NCBI GenBank assembly: GCA_965218985.1
Contig: CBDCMP010000004.1
Coordinates: forward strand, 330,869 to 394,868
Reading direction: 5' to 3'
Source of the DNA: Pelobium sp.
GTDB taxonomy: Bacteria; Bacteroidota; Bacteroidia; Sphingobacteriales; Sphingobacteriaceae
Length of the DNA stretch: 64,000 bases
Part shown: one piece after another, positions 58,677-64,000 of the stretch
How the letters are laid out: each line of letters starts with the position of its first letter
How positions within the stretch are numbered: position 1 is the stretch's first letter
The notes under the pieces: generated by a model
What the model saw: only the letters and a program-made list of their open reading frames with translations
Told to the model about the DNA's origin: nothing
Databases searched by the model: none
Made by a program: the position numbers and the translations under genes

Positions 58677-60560
58677 GTGTGTCGTGAAGTCTTGATGCGA
58701 ATTAAGACATGCTGTATAAAAGATGGTAGTAGGTCTACCGCAATCGCTGTTGTAAGCGGAGGTTGCAAACCACCTCTCGGTGCTGTTTAGGTAACTAATC
58801 GGTATTGAACGGAAAGAGGAAAAGGCTGGCAAGACCAGTCAGGTATGAATAAGAGAGATGAACGGAAGTGAACCTCTGATGAAGTGTCGATAAAGTGAAT
58901 ACATTGTCAAAAGTTTGTTTTCTTAAGCACAAATGAATAAGCATAACGGATACTTACATTACTGGTTATGTGGCAATCGTCATAAAGGAGGCATGACTCT
59001 TATTTAGGCTTTTATATGGAACACGAGAGGTCCTGTTTTTTGATGCAAAGCGGAAAGACACAAGTAGGAGCTACCTACAAGGTTGAAATAGCGAAGCAAA
59101 ACAGGAAGTCGGACAATGCCATAGTAGTGTTGAAACTTCTGTAATGGAAGTGGAGCAAAGGGCATTGGTCATACAGTTTTGGATAGTAAACCAACTTGTA
59201 AAAAGAGGATGAATTTATTGTTTGAAACAGAATCGAAAACGGTACCTATAACCAAGTACATGGTAAAGGAAGCCTATCGAAAGGTAAAATCGAACCAAGG
59301 CAGTGCAGGAGTAGATAAAGAAAGTTTGGAAGAGTTTCAGGCTGATTTATCGGGCAATTTGTACAAGCTATGGAACAGACTTGCCTCAGGAAGTTACTTT
59401 CCAAAACCAGTTAAGGAAGTAGAGATACCCAAGTCCAATGGAGGTAAAAGAAAGCTTGGAATCCCCACAGTAAGCGACCGCATTGCACAACAAGTAATCA
59501 AATCTTACCTAGAGCCAAGATTGGAATCTGAATTTCATGAAAACTCATATGGATACCGTCCCTTGAAAAGTGCCCATCAAGCAATTAAGCAAATACAAGA
59601 AAATGTTAGAGCATTTGGCTGGGTGATAGACATGGACATCAAGAATTATTTTGATGAGGTAGACCACGAGTTGCTAATGAAAGCATTAGACAAACATGTA
59701 GAAGAGCAATGGGTAAAGATGTACATCCGTAGATGGCTGGAAAGTCCAGTACAGACCAAAGATGGACAACTAGTACCCAAGCAAGGAAAAGGCACGCCTC
59801 AAGGAGGCGTAATCAGTCCATTACTTGCAAATTTGTATCTTCATTATGTGCTCGACAAGTGGCTTGAACTAAAATATCCACACATAGTATTTGTACGCTA
59901 TGCAGACGATATAGTAGTTCATTGCCAGAGTGAAACGGAAGCCAAAGAAATGCTACAAAGTATAGAGACTAGATTACAAGAGTGTCATTTACGCCTAAAT
60001 GAAACAAAGACCCAACTAGTGTATTGCAAAGATTATCGTAGGAAAGAAAAGAAAGAGTATAGAAATAAATTTGATTTTCTAGGATTCAGTTTTAAGCCAA
60101 CGATGTATCGTTCAAAACGAGAAGCAGGGAGTGTTTTCTTGGGCTATGGATGTGAGATGAGCCAAAAGTCAATTACCCGCATCGTAAAAGAATGGAGAGA
60201 CAAGAAATGGCATCGCCAAAGTATATTGAGCATCCAAGAAATAGCGATAGATATCAACACTCAAATGCGAGGATTGATAAATTACTTTGGTAGAATCAAT
60301 AAAAGAGGTCTGCATAAACTGGTGCGAAGTCTACACTTTCGAATAGCCAAATGGGCAATGAATAAATACAAAAGATTTAGGGGAAAGTATGGAAAAGCCT
60401 ACAAATGGCTCAAAGAACTAAAACACTCTTATCCGAACATGTTTTATCATTGGACAATATACAATTGGATATAATTTGTATGACAAGAGCCGTATGATGG
60501 GAGACTATCACGTACGGTTCTGTGAGAGGTTTGGGGTGAAATTCCCCTTACCTACTTGAC
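58677..60560 (+). mobile_element. Group II intron (IIB, bacterial class D-like), ~1884 nt
   Basis: 5' GTGTG; domain V AGAGCCGTATGATGGGAGACTATCACGTACGGTTCT (60486-60521); domain VI ending CCTACTTGAC; flanks rejoin into a repeat copied 100 bp downstream. Confidence 0.92.
59209..60474 (+). CDS. ltrA: Group II intron reverse transcriptase/maturase, no endonuclease domain
   Basis: NLYKLWNRLASGSYFP, LGIPTVSDRIAQ, GTPQGGVISPLLAN, YADD; ends after domain X. Confidence 0.95.
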   Translation: MNLLFETESKTVPITKYMVKEAYRKVKSNQGSAGVDKESLEEFQADLSGNLYKLWNRLASGSYFPKPVKEVEIPKSNGGKRKLGIPTVSDRIAQQVIKSYLEPRLESEFHENSYGYRPLKSAHQAIKQIQENVRAFGWVIDMDIKNYFDEVDHELLMKALDKHVEEQWVKMYIRRWLESPVQTKDGQLVPKQGKGTPQGGVISPLLANLYLHYVLDKWLELKYPHIVFVRYADDIVVHCQSETEAKEMLQSIETRLQECHLRLNETKTQLVYCKDYRRKEKKEYRNKFDFLGFSFKPTMYRSKREAGSVFLGYGCEMSQKSITRIVKEWRDKKWHRQSILSIQEIAIDINTQMRGLINYFGRINKRGLHKLVRSLHFRIAKWAMNKYKRFRGKYGKAYKWLKELKHSYPNMFYHWTIYNWI

Positions 60561-60700
60561 TCTTCCGGGCCAAAGCCAGGAGCAAATGGAGACTTGTGCT
60601 TTTAGCAGCAGCATCGGATTAATTACGTTAGTACCATAATTATCCCCTCCACTGGCGCAGTCTTCCGAGCCAAAGCTAGGAGCAAATGGAGACTTGTGCT
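60561..60700. repeat. Two REP-like units 100 bp apart; the first is interrupted by the intron
   Basis: TCTTCCG(G/A)GCCAAAGC(C/T)AGGAGCAAATGGAGACTTGTGCT at 60561 and 60661. Confidence 0.85.
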
Positions 60701-60751
60701 TTTTAGGTTTTGTGCATTTTGCTTTTAGCCTTTCTATAAATGAGCATCAGG

Positions 60752-61609
60752 TTATAAAAATGATTTTCTATAGCTCAAAGGGCTGCACTTCTTTTTCTTC
60801 TTGAAGGTTTTATAAAAATTAGAGAGGTCATTAAAACCGCTTTCAAAAGCGATCTCTGTAACTGACCTCTCCGTTTTCAACAATTGATTCACCGCATGAT
60901 CTATGCGGTAGTCAATCACGGTCTCCATAAAAGTTTTTCGTGTTATTTTTTTAAAGTATTTGCAAAATGCAAACGGAGACATATTGATCAATGATGCTGT
61001 GTCTTCTATGTTGATATGTTTTTTAAAATGATCTACCATATAAGCCCTCACGGTGTTGATTTTTTGTCTTTCCACCAGGCTTATGCTTTCATAAATGTTT
61101 TGTGTTTCCAAAAGCGTGAACTCTTTTGTGTTTGCAAGTTTATCTAAAATAGAAAGAAAGATGAGGATACGTTTCACTGCATTTTGTTCTTCGTTGATCT
61201 CAAACATCAAACCAGCAACCTCGCGGGAGATTTGACCCTTAAAATTCACACCTTTTTTGCTCAACATCAATAGCTTATCAATGAGCTTCATTTCTGGCAG
61301 CTTCAAAAAATGTTCTCCTAAAAAATCTTTCTTGAACTGTAAAACTATTGAAATGACATTAATTTCAGAGGGATTGGTGATTTCAGATTTCCAGCAGTGG
61401 GGAAGATTTTCGCCAATTAGCACCAGATCCTCTTCTAAATAGTCTTCCACGCCATTTCCAACATATCTTTTTCCCTTGCCCTTGATGATATAAGTCAATT
61501 CTATCTCCGGATGAAAATGAAAGGGTGCCAAAAAATATTCTTCCTCAAACTGGCGAACGATAAAGGAGGAAGCATTTTGATGATCAATGGATTCGAATTC
61601 TGCCTTCAT
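60752..61609 (-). CDS. AraC family transcriptional regulator
   Basis: Cupin HFHPEIEL, C-terminal EIAFESGFNDLSNF. Confidence 0.92.
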   Translation of the reverse strand: MKAEFESIDHQNASSFIVRQFEEEYFLAPFHFHPEIELTYIIKGKGKRYVGNGVEDYLEEDLVLIGENLPHCWKSEITNPSEINVISIVLQFKKDFLGEHFLKLPEMKLIDKLLMLSKKGVNFKGQISREVAGLMFEINEEQNAVKRILIFLSILDKLANTKEFTLLETQNIYESISLVERQKINTVRAYMVDHFKKHINIEDTASLINMSPFAFCKYFKKITRKTFMETVIDYRIDHAVNQLLKTERSVTEIAFESGFNDLSNFYKTFKKKKKCSPLSYRKSFL

Positions 61610-61721
61610 GTGAAATAGTGGCGTATATTTTCTTTCATTTCAATTATGCAATTAAATATAACAATATTTGCCATAAAATAAGCAATATTCCCCTTTTCTT
61701 AACTCTTTAAATTCCGGTTAT

Positions 61722-62576
61722 TTGAGTGACCAATCCAATACATCAATAAAAATGATCAATAAGAAATTGCCTTTATTAGAAGAGGGGATGTATACCTCTC
61801 CGGAAATAGTGGAAGAATTCAGGAAAAATGGCCATGTATTCACCCCGGCAGTATTAAGTCAGGAAGAAGTGGCTGTTTATAGGGAGGTCATCCATAAAGC
61901 CGCACATCGGTTTAATACTGAAATGCGGGCATTAGGGGAGAGAGACACTTATGGAAAAGCCTTTTTACAAATCATGAATTTGTGGACGAGAGACAAAGCT
62001 GTTCGCAGTTTTACTTTGGCTAAACGTTTTGGGAGGATTGCCGCCGATTTGTTGGGGGTGGAGCATGTAAGGTTATATCATGACCAAGCCTTATATAAAG
62101 AACCACAGGGCGGCTACACTCCCTGGCACCAGGATCAATATTATTGGCCATTAAACACCACCAATACCGTTACCATGTGGATGCCATTGGTCAACATCAC
62201 TGAAGAGATGGGGATGCTTACCTTTGCTTCTTCTTCCCATAGGGAGGGAGTTATTGGAAACATCCCTATCTCTGACGAATCGGAGAATTTTCTCCAACAA
62301 CATATCCAACAAAGAGCCTATCCAATTCATAGGGAGAGAAAAATGAATGCCGGCGATGCAACCTGGCATTACGGCTGCACTTTGCATCATGCTCCGGGTA
62401 ATCAGTCGGAGAGTATTACCAGAGAGGTGATGACCATCATATTTTTTGCGGATCATGCAAAAATCACAGCACCACAAAATAAACACCAGGAGAACGACCG
62501 TAAAACGTGGCTGGGTGGTCTTCCAGTGGGTGCCGCAGCCACTTCCGAAAGCAATCCTGTTGTTACCTCAAATTAA
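61722..62576 (+). CDS. Phytanoyl-CoA dioxygenase (PhyH) family Fe/2OG oxygenase
   Basis: TPWHQDQYYWP (HxD), distal H in HHAPGN, R in TREVM. Confidence 0.88.
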   Translation: MSDQSNTSIKMINKKLPLLEEGMYTSPEIVEEFRKNGHVFTPAVLSQEEVAVYREVIHKAAHRFNTEMRALGERDTYGKAFLQIMNLWTRDKAVRSFTLAKRFGRIAADLLGVEHVRLYHDQALYKEPQGGYTPWHQDQYYWPLNTTNTVTMWMPLVNITEEMGMLTFASSSHREGVIGNIPISDESENFLQQHIQQRAYPIHRERKMNAGDATWHYGCTLHHAPGNQSESITREVMTIIFFADHAKITAPQNKHQENDRKTWLGGLPVGAAATSESNPVVTSN

Positions 62577-62586
62577 GTGAAATATC

Positions 62587-63672
62587 ATGCGATTTTTATA
62601 TTCTTTTCTAATATTCATTACCATAACGGGCCACTCCTTTGCACAGGAGCCATCCATTCCTGGAAGATGGAGTGAGCAGAGATCCTGGGCGTGGTATGAT
62701 CAAACAACCTGGTATTGCGGGTTTAATTATATTCCTGCTTATGCCATTAATTATACAGCCATGTGGGATAAAACTACCTTCGATGAGAAAGCCATCGACA
62801 AAGAACTGCAGTTAGCTGAAGATTTGGGCATGAACTCTTTAAGAGCGGTTTTGCAATATGCAGTTTATGAAGACGATCCAGCTTACTTTCTGAAAACTTT
62901 AGACAGATTTATGCAAATATGCAAAAAGCATCACCTGCAATTTATGCCAGCTTTGTTTGATGATTGTTCTTTCGGGATAACTTCTGACCCAAAAATTGGT
63001 GTTCAGCCGGAGCCATTGAAAGGATGGTACGCTTGGGCTTGGTCGCCCAGTCCCGGACACAGTATGGTCACCAATCCCCAAACCTATCCGAAGCTCGAAA
63101 AATATGTGAAAGCAGTGATTGGCCGCTTTAAAAACGACGACAGGATCATGCTCTGGGATTTATATAATGAGCCCACAAATGGAGGTTTGGGCAACACCAC
63201 TTTACCTCTTTTGAGAGCGGTGGTGAAATGGGCTAGGGATATTGATCCTAAACAGCCTTTAAGTATCGGGATTTTTGACGGCAATCCCAGATTAAATGCC
63301 ATCATTTTGAATAATGTTGACGTAGTTACCTTCCACAATTATGGTGATAAAGAAAACCTGATCAATCAAATCAATGTTCTTAAAAAATACAAAAGGCCCA
63401 TCATCAATACCGAATGGATGAATCGGCCCGCTCACTCAACCATTGAAAATAATCTGAAAGTGTTTTACGATAATAAAGTGGGATGTATGTTGTGGGGATT
63501 GGTGAATGGCAAAACACAGACGAACTTGCCCTGGGGACATAGGCCCGGAGATCCCGTTCCGGAAATTTGGCAACATGATTTATATCATGCCGATTTTAGG
63601 TCCTACGACAAAAATGAAATTGAGCTCATAAAATCATATACCAAAAATATCCGTCAGGCAAAAAGCAATTAA
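62587..63672 (+). CDS. Secreted glycoside hydrolase, clan GH-A (GH5-like)
   Basis: Signal peptide, WDLYNEP acid/base, INTEW nucleophile. Confidence 0.85.
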   Translation: MRFLYSFLIFITITGHSFAQEPSIPGRWSEQRSWAWYDQTTWYCGFNYIPAYAINYTAMWDKTTFDEKAIDKELQLAEDLGMNSLRAVLQYAVYEDDPAYFLKTLDRFMQICKKHHLQFMPALFDDCSFGITSDPKIGVQPEPLKGWYAWAWSPSPGHSMVTNPQTYPKLEKYVKAVIGRFKNDDRIMLWDLYNEPTNGGLGNTTLPLLRAVVKWARDIDPKQPLSIGIFDGNPRLNAIILNNVDVVTFHNYGDKENLINQINVLKKYKRPIINTEWMNRPAHSTIENNLKVFYDNKVGCMLWGLVNGKTQTNLPWGHRPGDPVPEIWQHDLYHADFRSYDKNEIELIKSYTKNIRQAKSN

Positions 63673-64000
63673 CTTGACTGTGGACGATTGGTTTTTATGC
63701 TCCCCGGCAATTGGAATCAATGAACCCAATATGCTATTTTAATCATTTTGCTGATGAAAAGTGCTTTATTCGGGATGTCTTCGGCCATCCTACGTTGCCC
63801 AATGTAAGGTGAGCGAAGCGGGGTCGAAGGAAGCTGCTACGGATTAATTGAAGGGATTCAATCGCAGCGGATTTATAGGATGAAGCAATTTTATTAAACC
63901 TATTATAGGAAACGAAATTATGTCTCCATTGATGACACAATTAAAAAGAAAAGAAATGTAACTGTGTCCTTACCAAGTACACAATTAGAGCTTACAGATA

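Noticed and set aside
59209-60474. RT as a DGR, retron or defence RT diversifying the toxin alleles
   Set aside because: It lies within canonical group II intron ends with domains V and VI; differences between the toxin alleles are not adenine-specific and no TR/VR pair is evident.
1-64000. tRNA, rRNA or riboswitch genes
   Set aside because: No cloverleaf, rRNA-like or known riboswitch signature was recognised by eye; a covariance-model scan would be needed to exclude them.

Overview
Chromosomal window of a Bacteroidota genome; gene content and promoter motifs suggest Sphingobacteriaceae (Pedobacter-like). 1-10 kb: a microaerobic/oxidative-stress cluster (CcoI-like P-type ATPase, TauE, acetyl-CoA hydrolase, USP, peroxiredoxin, OsmC, L,D-transpeptidase) with recurring TGA-N6-TCA CRP/FNR-type boxes. 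10-46.6 kb: an AT-rich accessory island with a TonB-dependent receptor broken by an IS3 element and a frameshift, and a ~26 kb minus-strand locus that is the main candidate novel system. That locus encodes ~930-aa signal-less proteins ending in a LAS-type (H-x6-D...HxH) zinc peptidase, each followed by a cognate lipoprotein (putative toxin/immunity pair, present as two diverged tandem alleles), then a 2133-aa beta-rich giant, a ~1625-aa FN3-like giant, and three phage-fibre/Ig/deacetylase-like genes. No recognisable T6SS, eCIS or phage head/tail core genes are in the window. 46.6-64 kb: housekeeping genes (arfB, cmk, mnmD, mazG, ECF sigma, LolE-like permease, namZ, fmt), REP-like repeats, a complete group II intron inserted in a REP-like stem, and an AraC/PhyH/GH5 cluster. 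Family assignments are from motif recognition only, with no database searches. Several single-base frameshifts may be sequencing errors.
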